Assembly (NCBI GenBank): GCA_963721805.1
Contig: CAVRJY010000001.1
Span: 256,001-320,000, forward strand
Direction of reading: 5' to 3'
DNA: 64,000 bases
Origin: Nitrospirota bacterium
GTDB lineage: Bacteria > Nitrospirota > Thermodesulfovibrionia > Thermodesulfovibrionales > JdFR-86
Below are positions 10,115 to 23,748 of the stretch, one piece after another. The position numbers and the translations under genes were made by a program. The notes below the pieces were generated by a model that was given only the letters and a program-made list of their open reading frames with translations, was not told where the DNA came from and did not search any database. The number at the start of each line of letters is the position of its first letter. Position 1 is the stretch's first letter.

Positions 10115-11322
10115 CCGCTCACTCTCCCTCCGCTGCGTATCCCCCACATTATGATCCCCGACGAGACGAAGCATACCGCCGAGGCTATATGCAGCGCCTG
10201 AACGGTGCCTATCGAGTCAGCGGCCGTGCCCATCACGTAGTTGCCTAACGGCGCCATGCCCAGGAAGGTGAGCGCGAATACGCTCATCATCCGGCCGCGC
10301 ATATTGTCCGGCGTATTGACCTGTATCGTCGTGTTCGCAAGCGCCATGAAGCTCACGACCGCAAACCCGGCCACGACCAGCGCGCAGAGCGAAAGCGCGT
10401 AGCGCGTCGATGACGCAAACGCAAACAGCGCCACCGGGAAGACGAGCGCCGCAATCGACATCGTCCGCCGCGTGTCCTTCATCTGCCCGGCCAGCGCCAG
10501 CGTCACCGCGGCCAGAAACGCCCCGGCCCCCAATGCCGAGGCCATAAACCCAAACCCCTTGGCCCCGACGCCCAGGACCTCCTCGGCCATCACCGGCAGC
10601 ATCGCGGAAAACGGCATCCCAAAGAGGCTGAACGCGCTGATCACGAGCACGGTCTTCCATATCGCGGGCTCACCGCGCATAAACCGCAGGCCGTCAGCGA
10701 TCTCCCCCAGCACGCTTCTGCCCGAGACGTGCGGCTCGCCGCTCGTCTTTATCATCCAGAGCGCGATCACCACGGGCACGAAGCTCAGCGCGTTAAGGTA
10801 AAAGCAGGCCGCAACGCCCATATAGCTTATCGCGAGCCCCGCGATCATCGGCCCTACCATGCGCGCCGCGTTGAATGAGGCCGAGTTCAGCGCTATCGCG
10901 TTCATCAGGTGGTTCTTCGTGACCATCTCGGCCATGAACGACTGCCGCGCCGGGATGTCGAATGCGTTCAGCGTCCCGAACAGCAGTGCCAGGCATATCA
11001 CCTGCCAGACCTGCACCACCCCGAGGCTCGTTAGAATGCCGACCGCTACCGCCGGCACGATCGAGAGCGCCTGCGTCACTAATAGCAGATTGCGCTTCGG
11101 GAGCCTGTCGGCCGCCACGCCGCCAAAGAGCGAGAGCAGCAGCACCGGCAGCGACGAGCAGGCCGCCACGACGCCCAGCCAGTAGGGCGAGCGCGTAAGC
11201 GAATAGACGAGCCAGCCCTGGGCCGTGGAATGCATCCAGGTGCCGGTGACGCTGATCGTCTGGCCCATCCAGAAGAGGCGGAAGTCCCTATACTCCAAGG
11301 CCATGAATTTCTTCTCGGACAT
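10111..11322 (-). CDS. MFS transporter (MFS_3/DHA3-like)
   Basis: FRLFWMGQTIS..GTWM, GGVAADRLPKR, MRGRMMS; many TM helices; start taken at MSEKKF. Confidence 0.9.
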   Translation of the reverse strand: MSEKKFMALEYRDFRLFWMGQTISVTGTWMHSTAQGWLVYSLTRSPYWLGVVAACSSLPVLLLSLFGGVAADRLPKRNLLLVTQALSIVPAVAVGILTSLGVVQVWQVICLALLFGTLNAFDIPARQSFMAEMVTKNHLMNAIALNSASFNAARMVGPMIAGLAISYMGVAACFYLNALSFVPVVIALWMIKTSGEPHVSGRSVLGEIADGLRFMRGEPAIWKTVLVISAFSLFGMPFSAMLPVMAEEVLGVGAKGFGFMASALGAGAFLAAVTLALAGQMKDTRRTMSIAALVFPVALFAFASSTRYALSLCALVVAGFAVVSFMALANTTIQVNTPDNMRGRMMSVFALTFLGMAPLGNYVMGTAADSIGTVQALHIASAVCFVSSGIIMWGIRSGGRVSG

Positions 11323-11353
11323 AAGCTTATATTTTACACCGTTCGCTTTCTTC

Positions 11354-11512
11354 AAAGCGCGCCAAATCGCTTGATACGTCGTTGGGCTTCAAAGACTCGC
11401 CCTCTATGTACGCGCAAGTACACCATCGGACGTTTTCCTCGCCGTTCCTTGTCTGAAGACGATTTCTCGCACTTTAAGGTTCTCATGCATAATCGTGCGA
11501 GCGGTCAACGGC
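11354..11512 (+). mobile_element. Dispersed MITE-like hairpin repeat, copy 2 (core 11354-11475)
   Basis: AAAGCGCGCCAAATCGCTTGATAC...GTACGCGCAAGTAC...CGATTTCTCGCACTTT plus tail ending GGTCAACGGC. Confidence 0.75.
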
Positions 11513-11528
11513 ATGACTGGAAAAGGCA

Positions 11529-11713
11529 TGTTCGGATGCGCTCGCTTAGGTATAGTTACGCACATCGCGCGCGTGCGCGCGCGTTTTTGCCATTTTTGTT
11601 CGGATGTCGAAGACAAAAACGGGACTAACCATGCGGAAAACAATGTTTTATTGATTTGCCCTTGTTCGGATGTTCGGATGTTTTGCCCCAGAATCAGGCC
11701 GTTTGTTCGGATG
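11529..11713 (+). repeat. Five copies of TGTTCGGATG
   Basis: Exact 10-mer at 11529, 11597, 11663, 11671, 11704. Confidence 0.85.
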
Positions 11714-11911
11714 CCGTCAAACGCCCGGCGCAGTCCCGTTTCGTTGCCGCTTCGACCCTCCAAATATGTCCTCACATGCACCATGCCGTATTGAATCACA
11801 GCGCCATACCGGAAGTCGATAGCATTTATAAACACAGGTTTATATGTTTGAAAATAAAGTTTCCGCCCGTGCGTTTTCGACTAACTTTGGTTAGTGATAT
11901 GAGGAGTTCTG

Positions 11912-13198
11912 CTATCGTCTGAGGCGGTTTCGCAGGGCGAAGACGAAAAGGAGGGTTTGTGCGTAGACGAGGAGGAAGAAGAAAACCCTTACAATGCGTC
12001 CAAAGGGATTTGTGGCTGCAATCGTGTAGAGGGGCTCGCGCTGGAGTGTCAGAAACTCTAAAGCCGCAGCTGTAACTGTTGATAAGGTAATTAGTGCAGG
12101 CTGATGAGAAACCGTATGCTCTATGCCTACACAGCCGAAAGCCATCAAGGATATAACAAAAATAATAAGCAAGGCCAAGGCAGCACGAAAGGGGTTTCCC
12201 CCGTATCCGCTTGACAAGTTATAGAGCGAAAGCGTACTCATATCAAAGTATTTCTTGAGAGACCACCATATCTTGCTTGAGCGCTTTATTCCCTCAGGAG
12301 GATTCATCAGACGCGTCCGTTTGGTGAGCATAAGTTTTTCACTGGCATGGAATAGTCCGGCCATGCCTTCATTGTGCATCTCCTTATGCCTCTGTTTCAG
12401 CGTCCTATAAATCTCCTCTGCTTGTTTAATCTGTTTGTCGTTGTTGTATTTAATTAACCTTGGCTCATCACTGATTACTAGGCGACCTTTGTCAGTTTTG
12501 TCATCCCACGAGCAGTGCTCAAACCGCATCTTGTCCATCTCTGCTCCATCGAGAAGAACATGCTTGAAATCTACTCCTTTAAACCTCACCTCTTCGTCAA
12601 CTGTAAGTCCGTTGAGATCCGCCTCGCCAAGGAAGGTATCTCCGAGGAAATGAACTCTCTTGAATTTAGCGCCTAAATCAACGTGGCCTTTGAACTCTGC
12701 CTCTCTGAAATCAGCGTCCTCGCCGAATTTAGCATAATTAAAGTAAACACTTCCTCCGAACTTAGCGAAACTGAAGTCAGCATTTTCGTCGAACTTGGTT
12801 CCAATAAAGTCAGTGTTCTCGCCGAATATGGCCGCAAAGAAGTTAGCATTTTTGCCGAACGTGGCCTCACTAAAGTTACCATACACACCGAACTTGGCCT
12901 CTCTGAAATTAGCGTTCTCAGCAAACTTGGCTTGACCGAAGCTTACAGAAGGAAGTTTCTTGTAAGAGAAATCTATATCGCCCGGGAAAACAGTACCGTC
13001 AAATTCGCATAACGTATTATTTAGCATGGCGTTTTCGAGTTTTTGAAAAACATTTCGATTGAATATCCCAATAGATTTCTCTTGTTTATACTCCCTTGGC
13101 GCATGATAAATACAGTAGTGATTACCACCACAATTATTGTTGACAGGGATATTCTCTTGTCCACACCAATCATACCCAGCGGCGCATTTGTTGCTCAT
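11912..13198 (-). CDS. Pentapeptide-repeat protein with C-terminal membrane region
   Basis: Repeated A(N/D)FxxAKF units; GYG followed by TM helices; low GC. Confidence 0.85.
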   Translation of the reverse strand: MSNKCAAGYDWCGQENIPVNNNCGGNHYCIYHAPREYKQEKSIGIFNRNVFQKLENAMLNNTLCEFDGTVFPGDIDFSYKKLPSVSFGQAKFAENANFREAKFGVYGNFSEATFGKNANFFAAIFGENTDFIGTKFDENADFSFAKFGGSVYFNYAKFGEDADFREAEFKGHVDLGAKFKRVHFLGDTFLGEADLNGLTVDEEVRFKGVDFKHVLLDGAEMDKMRFEHCSWDDKTDKGRLVISDEPRLIKYNNDKQIKQAEEIYRTLKQRHKEMHNEGMAGLFHASEKLMLTKRTRLMNPPEGIKRSSKIWWSLKKYFDMSTLSLYNLSSGYGGNPFRAALALLIIFVISLMAFGCVGIEHTVSHQPALITLSTVTAAALEFLTLQREPLYTIAATNPFGRIVRVFFFLLVYAQTLLFVFALRNRLRR

Positions 13199-13343
13199 GC
13201 TCCCTATTATACCCCACGCGGTTGTGAAGGGTTTTCAGGGGACGGAGTCCCTTGGTGAGCGGGGTCTTGTCCGCGAATAGGAGCCCGGGGGCGCTGCCCC
13301 CCTTTTGTTTGCGGAGGATGGCGGCCCTATGGTAGGCTTAGAC

Positions 13344-13595
13344 ATGAAGGCCGGGCACAAGATAACGCTTGAGATACCTGACGATGTATTTAAGGGCATC
13401 GCGGCATTCAGGGAGCGGGCGCACATAAGCGATGACAAGACCGCTGTGTTCGAGCTTGTGAAGTATGCCCTGACGCTGCCGCCGTATTTTAAGGGGTTCG
13501 ATTGGGAGAAGGCCGAAAAAGAGGCCGATGCGGACATTGCGGCGGGAAGGGTGAAATCGTTTTCGTCGGTCGATGAATTTTTAGCTGATCTTTAG
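13344..13595 (+). CDS. Probable type II antitoxin
   Basis: ITLEIPDD N-terminus and EADADIAAGRVKSFSSVDEFLADL C-terminus resemble antitoxins paired with RelE/YafQ-like toxins. Confidence 0.65.
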   Translation: MKAGHKITLEIPDDVFKGIAAFRERAHISDDKTAVFELVKYALTLPPYFKGFDWEKAEKEADADIAAGRVKSFSSVDEFLADL

Positions 13596-13597
13596 GC

Positions 13598-13702
13598 ATG
13601 AGGGTAGCATCGCCGATTCATTCAAAAAGGACTTGCAATGCCTCTCCGCATTATCTCTTGCGTCGAATCGGCCCGCACGACGATGTCCTGAATAAACCAT
13701 AA
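13598..13702 (+). pseudogene. Internally deleted RelE/YafQ-like toxin remnant
   Basis: MRV..IADSFKKDLQCL (after a frame change) and YLLRRIGPHDDVLNKP* in only 105 nt. Confidence 0.6.
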
Positions 13703-13707
13703 AACAC

Positions 13708-14100
13708 ATGCTTATCCATGCATACATATCGGAGCTTGAGCCTGACAGCATCGTGCTTAGGCTCCTCAACGAGATCGCGATGGTGATTCAGCTTCCGCTG
13801 ACGCCGTATCTTAGCGGGCCTCATAGCATGGTCATCCACTACCTCGAGGACTACAGGGCGCGCAGGGCGATCTCAAAGACGAGCATCGACGCGGTGCCGT
13901 TCTCGAAAGAACTCCTGCTGGCCCGGAAGATAAGCAAGCTCCATGAGACCGAGATTTACACTTTATGCCACGAAATCGCGATGTTGCATGGCTCGGGGGT
14001 CGAGAAAGTCGCGGGCCACACCCTGTATGTCTTCCTCGATCAATACCTCAAAAAGAAAAAGAAAAAGCCGCCAGTTCCGCCCGGATACGCGCTACCCTGA
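13708..14100 (+). CDS. Hypothetical protein
   Basis: 130-aa ORF with host-like codon usage; no family recognised. Confidence 0.6.
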   Translation: MLIHAYISELEPDSIVLRLLNEIAMVIQLPLTPYLSGPHSMVIHYLEDYRARRAISKTSIDAVPFSKELLLARKISKLHETEIYTLCHEIAMLHGSGVEKVAGHTLYVFLDQYLKKKKKKPPVPPGYALP

Positions 14101-14239
14101 TTTAAAAAGCCCCGAAGCCGCCTTAGCCCCTTGCTTTTTTTCTTTATCTTTAGGTATAGTTACCCTCCACTTAACGGGGCGTATTACGTTAGCTGGAGAA
14201 GGGCCAGTTGGCCTTTAGTAAGAGGGCCTCATGGCCCCC

Positions 14240-14269
14240 TTGACAGGGATTATTAATTTCTGTTAGTAT
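14240..14269 (+). promoter_or_regulatory. str operon promoter
   Basis: TTGACA-N18-TAGTAT with TG extension; AAGGAGG RBS before rpsL. Confidence 0.65.
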
Positions 14270-14343
14270 CGTTCTTTGCTCCGCTGACTGGGCGGAGTGG
14301 AACATTTGACAAACGGGCTTCACCCAAGGAGGATGGCAAGACA

Positions 14344-14715
14344 GTGCCTACGATATCACAGCTTGTAAAGTACGGCAGGAAAGCGGTCACGGTTAAGACC
14401 AAGAGCCCGGCCATGAAGGATTGTCCCCAGAAGCGCGGGGTCTGTCTCAGGGTCTACACCACGACTCCGAAGAAGCCCAACTCGGCCCTCCGCAAAGTAG
14501 CCCGTCTCCGCCTCACCAACCAGATAGAAGTCACCGCATACATCCCTGGCGTCGGTCACAATCTCCAGGAGCACTCCATAGTAATGATCCGCGGCGGCAA
14601 GGTCAAGGACCTTCCCGGCGTGCGCTATCACATAATCCGAGGCACCCTCGACGCGTCCGGCGTTGCCAACCGTCGCAGGGGCAGGTCGAAGTACGGAGCG
14701 AAGAGGCCCAAGTAA
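14344..14715 (+). CDS. rpsL: 30S ribosomal protein S12
   Basis: [19 protein letters not shown]. Confidence 0.99.
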   Translation: MPTISQLVKYGRKAVTVKTKSPAMKDCPQKRGVCLRVYTTTPKKPNSALRKVARLRLTNQIEVTAYIPGVGHNLQEHSIVMIRGGKVKDLPGVRYHIIRGTLDASGVANRRRGRSKYGAKRPK

Positions 14716-15185
14716 TGCCAAGAAGAAGAGTAGTCGCCAAGAGAGAGATACTGCCCGATCCGAAGTTCGGAAGCGTGGTCGTCAGCAAGTTCATCAACAT
14801 AATGATGGAAGACGGCAAGCGCGCCACGGCCGAGGCCATATGCTACGACGCCCTGGACGCCCTGGCCGAGAAGACCGGCGGAGACCCGCTTAAGTCCTTC
14901 AAGACCGCCCTTGACAACGTCAAGCCCGCGATCGAGGTCAAGCCCCGCCGCGTCGGCGGCGCGACCTACCAGGTACCGGTCGAGATCAGGCCCACGAGGC
15001 GCACCGCGCTGGCCTTCAGGTGGCTCATCACCTACTCGCGCGCACGCGCCGAGAAGACCATGAGCAAGAAGCTCGCTGGCGAGCTCATCGACGCGTTCAA
15101 CAACACCGGCTCTTCTGTCAAGAAGCGCGAAGACACCCATAGAATGGCCGACGCCAACAAGGCGTTCGCGCACTACAGGTGGTAG
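14715..15185 (+). CDS. rpsG: 30S ribosomal protein S7
   Basis: MPRRR...[11 protein letters not shown]...[10 protein letters not shown]. Confidence 0.99.
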   Translation: MPRRRVVAKREILPDPKFGSVVVSKFINIMMEDGKRATAEAICYDALDALAEKTGGDPLKSFKTALDNVKPAIEVKPRRVGGATYQVPVEIRPTRRTALAFRWLITYSRARAEKTMSKKLAGELIDAFNNTGSSVKKREDTHRMADANKAFAHYRW

Positions 15186-15191
15186 GCAGAA

Positions 15192-17275
<2,084 letters not shown>

Positions 17276-17308
17276 CCCCGGCAGGCATATAACAGGAGGA
17301 CTGTTACT

Positions 17309-18508
<1,200 letters not shown>

Positions 18509-18524
18509 GCGAAGAAGAAGGCGG

Positions 18525-18826
<302 letters not shown>

Positions 18827-18830
<4 letters not shown>

Positions 18831-19441
18831 CCGGCATAGTGGGAAAGAAACTGGGCATGACCCAGATATTCGCCGAGGACGGCACTGTGGTACCGGTGAC
18901 CGTTATCGAGGCGCAGCCAGGCTGTGTCGTTCAGGTGAAGACCAAGGTCAAGGACGGCTACGAGGCCGTCCAGATCGGGTTCTTCGAGGAGAAGAGGGAG
19001 AGCCGCATGAACAAGCCCGCGCTCGGGACTTTCAAGAAGCGCGGCTTAAAACCCTACCGCAAGCTCGTGGAGTTCAAGATGGAGGGCCTCGCCCAGGGCG
19101 ATGCGCTCACCGTCGAGAGGTTCCAGAAGGGCGACATGGTTGACGTCACCTCGACCTCGATAGGCAAGGGTTTCCAGGGCGTCATGAAGCGTCACAACTT
19201 CAGGGGCGGCCCCGGCGGCCACGGTTCGATGTTCAACCGCGCCCCCGGCTCCATCGGCGCGAGCTCGTATCCCTCGAGGGTATGGCTCGGGCAGAAGATG
19301 GCCGGCCACATGGGATGCGACACCGTGACGGTGAAAAACCTTAAGATCGTCGACGTCAGGCCGGACCAGAACCTCATCCTCATCCGGGGTGCGGTGGCGG
19401 GCTCGCAGGGCGCGATCGTCGAAATCAGGAAGGACGGTTAG
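18827..19441 (+). CDS. rplC: 50S ribosomal protein L3
   Basis: [21 protein letters not shown]. Confidence 0.99.
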
Positions 19442-19448
19442 AGGGGAC

Positions 19449-20081
19449 ATGCCTGAGATCGTCATAAAAGATAAAAAGAATCAGGACGCCGGCAGGATGA
19501 CCGTAAGCGACGAGCGCTTCGGGCTTCTCGGCAAGGGCTCGCTCGTGCACGGCTCGGTCATAAATTTCCTGGCCAACCAGAGGCAGGGCACCCACGCCAC
19601 GAAGACCAAGGGCCTCGTAAGCGGCGGCGGCAAGAAGCCCTGGAAGCAGAAGGGCACCGGGCGCGCCCGAAGCGGCAGCAGCCGTTCCCCGATATGGCGC
19701 GGCGGCGGCACGATGTTCGGCCCCCAGCCCAGGGACTATTCGTACGAGATGCCCAAGAGGCAGCGCAAGCAGGCCCTTTACGCGGCCCTCTCCGAGCGGC
19801 TCAACGCCGGTGACATCGTCGTGGTGGACTCCATCGCGGTCGACGCCCCAAAGACGAAGAGCGTCATCGAGGTGCTAAGCGGGCTCGGACTTAACGGGGT
19901 CGTGAGCATACTCATGGTCGTCGACAAGGCGGACAAGAACCTTCTTCTGTCGGCCCGCAACATACCGGGGCTGACGGTGCGCTCGGCCGGCGAGCTTAAC
20001 GCATACGACGTGATGGCCCCCCGCAAGATGGTCGTCACGAAGGCCGCCGTCGAGGCGCTGGAAGCAGGGGTGCAGGCATGA
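19449..20081 (+). CDS. rplD: 50S ribosomal protein L4
   Basis: RQGTHATK...KPWKQKGTGRARSG. Confidence 0.99.
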   Translation: MPEIVIKDKKNQDAGRMTVSDERFGLLGKGSLVHGSVINFLANQRQGTHATKTKGLVSGGGKKPWKQKGTGRARSGSSRSPIWRGGGTMFGPQPRDYSYEMPKRQRKQALYAALSERLNAGDIVVVDSIAVDAPKTKSVIEVLSGLGLNGVVSILMVVDKADKNLLLSARNIPGLTVRSAGELNAYDVMAPRKMVVTKAAVEALEAGVQA

Positions 20082-20368
20082 AGAGCGTATACGACGTGAT
20101 AAAGGGCCCGCTGTTTACCGAGAAGGGCACCCAGATGAAGGAGACCGACAACAAGGTCCTCGTATCGGTCGCTACGGGCGCGAACAAGCAGGAGATAAAG
20201 CAGGCCGTCGAGGCTATCTTCAAGGTCAAGGTCGAAGGCGTGGCGACCATTAACGTCCGCCCGAGGGACAAGAGATACGGGAAGTTCACGGGCAAGACGG
20301 CCAGGTCAAAGAAGGCCATCATAACGCTTAAGCCGGGCGAAAAGCTCGAATTCATAGAGGGTGCATAG
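20078..20368 (+). CDS. rplW: 50S ribosomal protein L23
   Basis: PLFTEK, ANKQEIKQAVE, KKAIITL. Confidence 0.98.
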   Translation: MKSVYDVIKGPLFTEKGTQMKETDNKVLVSVATGANKQEIKQAVEAIFKVKVEGVATINVRPRDKRYGKFTGKTARSKKAIITLKPGEKLEFIEGA

Positions 20369-20370
20369 AG

Positions 20371-21196
20371 ATGGGCGTAAGGAAATTTAAACCGACATCA
20401 CCAGGCAGAAGGTTCCAGTCTTGCGTCGGACTTCTCGGAGGTAACGACCGACAAGCCGTACGCGCCGCTTTGCGTCCCCAACAAGAAGGACCGGCGGCCG
20501 CTGCAACACCGGCCGCATCACCGTCAGGTTCCGTGGCGGCGGCACCAGCCCCGCATACCGTATCGTTGACTTCAAGCGCGACAAGGCCGGCATACCGGCC
20601 AAGGTCGCGACGATCGAGTACGACCCGAACCGCTCGGCGCGCATCGCTCTGCTGAACTACGCCGACGGCGAGAAGCGCTACATACTCGCCCCGGTCGGGC
20701 TCGGCGTGGGCGACACGGTGCTTTCGGGCCCCGGCTGCGAGATCAAGGCCGGGAAACTCGCTCCCGCTTAAGCGAGATGCCACTCGGCACGTTCATACAT
20801 AACATCGAGCTCCGCCCCAACGGCGGGGCCAAGATAGCACGCGCCGCGGGCACGAGCGCACAGCTCGTGGCCAAGGAAGGCACGTGGGCGCAGGTCAAGC
20901 TCGGCTCCGGCGAGGTCCGCAAGGTCCCCGTCGAGTGCAAGGCGACTGTCGGACAGGTCGGCAACGCCGAGTACGAGAACATATCGCTCGGCAAGGCCGG
21001 ACGCACGCGCTATAAAGGTCACAGGCCGCACGTCAGGGGCGTCGTCATGAACCCCGTCGACCACCCTCTGGGCGGCGGCGAGGGCAAGAGCTCCGGCGGA
21101 CGTCCGCCGTGCTCGCCCTGGGGCAAGCCCGAGGGAGTCAGGACCCGCAAGAACAAGCGGACCGACCAGTTCATAGTCAAGAGAAGAAAGAAGTAA
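20371..21196 (+). CDS. rplB: 50S ribosomal protein L2, about four apparent +1 frameshifts (~20421, 20489, 20755, 20770)
   Basis: [38 protein letters not shown] spread over different frames. Confidence 0.95.
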
Positions 21197-21211
21197 GGAG
21201 GGTTTTCCAAG

Positions 21212-21488
21212 GTGCCTAGGTCTCTAAAAAAAGGTCCGTTCGTGGACGAGAAGGTCATGAAGAAGGCCACCAAGATGGTCGAGTCCGGTGAGAAGAAGAT
21301 CATCAAGACGTGGTCGCGCCGCTCCACCGTGTTGCCGGACTTCATCGGCCTTACATTCGCCGTCCACAACGGCAAGAAATTCATACCGGTCTATGTGACC
21401 GAGAACATGGTCGGGCATAAGCTCGGGGAGTTCTCGCCGACCCGCACGTTCAGAGGGTCACGCGGGCTCCGAGAAGAAAGGGAAGTAA
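21212..21488 (+). CDS. rpsS: 30S ribosomal protein S19; apparent extra G near 21457 fuses it to L22 in the ORF track
   Basis: [10 protein letters not shown]...[13 protein letters not shown]; removing one G gives [11 protein letters not shown]. Confidence 0.95.
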
Positions 21489-21490
21489 CC

Positions 21491-21820
21491 GTGCTCTCTA
21501 AGGCGATACATAAATATGCGCGGGTGACCCCCAGGAAGGCCCGCAGGGTCGCGGACCTCATCAGGGGCAAGCACGCCGGCGAGGCGATGCTCTCGCTAAG
21601 GTTCATGCCGTACAGGGCCGCCAGGCTGCTGGAGAAGGTCCTTAAGTCCGCCATGAGCAACGCGGAGAACAAAAAGACCGTGGACGCCGAAGGGCTCCGC
21701 ATATCGGCCGTGTTCGTCGACTGCGGCCCTTCGATGAAGCGGATGATGCCGCGGGCCATGGGCCGCGCGACCGTCATCAAAAAGCGGACATCGCACATAA
21801 CGCTTCAGCTTTCCGAATAG
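21491..21820 (+). CDS. rplV: 50S ribosomal protein L22
   Basis: [28 protein letters not shown]. Confidence 0.97.
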   Translation: MLSKAIHKYARVTPRKARRVADLIRGKHAGEAMLSLRFMPYRAARLLEKVLKSAMSNAENKKTVDAEGLRISAVFVDCGPSMKRMMPRAMGRATVIKKRTSHITLQLSE

Positions 21821-21846
21821 CGCGAACAGGGAGAGGAGATCTAGCC

Positions 21847-22498
21847 TTGGGGCAGAAGACGCATCCGATAGGAAACAGATTAGGGCATAACCCGCACGTG
21901 GGACTCCCGCTGGTTTGCGAAAAAGGACTTCGCCAATTTCCTGGTCGAGGACTTCAACATTCGCAAATACATCAAGCGGAGGCTTTACCACGCCGGCGTC
22001 AGCAAGATCGACGTCGAGCGCATGGGCCAGAAGGTCCGCGTGGCGATATTCACGGCGAGGCCGGGCATCGTGATCGGCAAGAAGGGCGCCGAGGCCGAGA
22101 AGCTCCGCAAGGAGATCGAGGCATACACGGGCAAGGAAGTCGCCGTGGACATAAAGGAAGTCAGGAAGCCCGAGATCGACGCGCAGCTCGTGGCCGAGAA
22201 CATAGCGATGCAGCTTGAGAAGCGCGTCGCGTTCCGCCGCGCCATGAAGAAGGCCGTCGCATCTGCCCAGCGTTTCGGCGCCCAGGGCATCAAGGTCATG
22301 TGCTCAGGCCGCCTGGCCGGGGCCGAGATAGCGCGCACCGAGTGGTACCGCGAGGGCCGCGTGCCCCTGCACACCTTCCGCGCCGACATAGACTACGGCT
22401 TCGGCGAGGCGCGCACGACGTACGGGGTCATCGGCGTGAAGGTATGGATCTACAACGGCGACATCCTGCCCGAGGGCAGCACCGCCGTGGGGGTATAG
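21847..22498 (+). CDS. rpsC: 30S ribosomal protein S3, apparent +1 frameshift near 21884
   Basis: [13 protein letters not shown] then ITRTWDSRW in the shifted frame; [14 protein letters not shown]. Confidence 0.96.
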
Positions 22499-22504
22499 TT
22501 CGCC

Positions 22505-22915
22505 ATGTTGATGCCAAAGAAGGTCAAGTTCCGCAAGATGATGAAGGGCAACATGAACGGCAAGGCCTACACCGGCGCCGAGATGTCTTACGGCGAGTTC
22601 GGCATAAAGGCCATGGAGCCCGGATGGGTGACCAGCCGCCAGATAGAGGCCGCGCGTATCGCGATCAACCGCCACGTCAAGCGAGGATGCAAGGTCTGGA
22701 TCCGGATATTCCCGGACAAGCCGATCACCAAGAAGCCTGCCGAGACCCGTATGGGCAAGGGCAAGGGCGCCCCGGAGTACTGGGTGGCGGTCGTCAGGCC
22801 CGGACGCATAATGTACGAGATGGCCGGGGCCTCCGAGGACATATCGCTCGAAGCCCTGCGCCTGGCGACATACAAGCTGCCGATCAGGACCAGAATAATA
22901 AAGAGGGAGGGCTAG
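22505..22915 (+). CDS. rplP: 50S ribosomal protein L16
   Basis: [22 protein letters not shown]. Confidence 0.99.
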   Translation: MLMPKKVKFRKMMKGNMNGKAYTGAEMSYGEFGIKAMEPGWVTSRQIEAARIAINRHVKRGCKVWIRIFPDKPITKKPAETRMGKGKGAPEYWVAVVRPGRIMYEMAGASEDISLEALRLATYKLPIRTRIIKREG

Positions 22916-22920
22916 AGACA

Positions 22921-23121
22921 ATGAAAGCAGCAGAGCTTAAGGACCTCTCGCCCGAGGCCCTCGCCGAGAAGGAAAATGACCTCCGCAGGGAGCTGTTCAA
23001 CCTGAGATTCCAGAGGTCGACTGGCGAGATCCAGAACCCGATGCGCATCCGCGCCGTACGCAAGGACATCGCCAGGGTGCTGACCGCCGTCACCGCAAAC
23101 GCGAGCAAGGGGAAGGGCTGA
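22921..23121 (+). CDS. rpmC: 50S ribosomal protein L29
   Basis: MKAAELKDL...ELFNLRFQ...RKDIARVLT. Confidence 0.97.
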   Translation: MKAAELKDLSPEALAEKENDLRRELFNLRFQRSTGEIQNPMRIRAVRKDIARVLTAVTANASKGKG

Positions 23122-23128
23122 GATAGAG

Positions 23129-23371
23129 ATGGCCAAGAAGGAATACACTGGGAAAGTCCTCAGCGACAAGATGGACAAGACGGTAGTGGTGGGCGTCTCA
23201 AGGCTCTACCAGCACCCGGCTTACAAGAAGATCGTCAAGAGGCTGATAAAGCTCAAGGCCCACGACGAGGGCAACGAGTGCAAGGCCGGCGATACGGTCT
23301 CGATAGTGGAATCAAGGCCGCTCAGCAAGGAAAAGCGGTGGGTAGTCCTGAAGATAATAGAGAGGGGATAG
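23129..23371 (+). CDS. rpsQ: 30S ribosomal protein S17
   Basis: [21 protein letters not shown]. Confidence 0.98.
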   Translation: MAKKEYTGKVLSDKMDKTVVVGVSRLYQHPAYKKIVKRLIKLKAHDEGNECKAGDTVSIVESRPLSKEKRWVVLKIIERG

Positions 23372-23378
23372 CCAGGCC

Positions 23379-23747
23379 ATGATCCAACAGATGAGCAGGC
23401 TTGACGTCGCCGATAATTCCGGCGCAAAGAAGGTAATGTGCATCAAGGTCCTGGGGGGCTCGCGCAAGCGTTACGCCCGCCTCGGGGACATCATAGTGGT
23501 GTCGGTCAAAGAGGCCGATCCGGACGGCACCGTGAAGAAGGGCGCCAAGGCCAAGGCCGTCGTGGTGCGCACGCGCAAGGAGACCCGCAGGGCGGACGGC
23601 TCCTACATAAGGTTCGACAACAACGCCGTCGTGCTCGTAACCGCCGACCGCGAGCCTGTCGGCACCCGCATATTCGGCCCCGTGGCCAGAGAGCTGCGCT
23701 GGAAGGAATTCATGAAGATCATATCACTTGCGCCGGAGGTTCTGTAG
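23379..23747 (+). CDS. rplN: 50S ribosomal protein L14
   Basis: [20 protein letters not shown]. Confidence 0.99.
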   Translation: MIQQMSRLDVADNSGAKKVMCIKVLGGSRKRYARLGDIIVVSVKEADPDGTVKKGAKAKAVVVRTRKETRRADGSYIRFDNNAVVLVTADREPVGTRIFGPVARELRWKEFMKIISLAPEVL

Positions 23748-23748
23748 C

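Noticed and set aside
11529..11713. Degenerate CRISPR array (66-68 bp periodicity)
   Set aside because: Repeat is only 10 bp, spacing is irregular and there are no cas genes
21212..21820. S19-L22 fusion protein
   Set aside because: One extra G explains it; the normal S19 end and TAA at 21486 exist in the shifted frame
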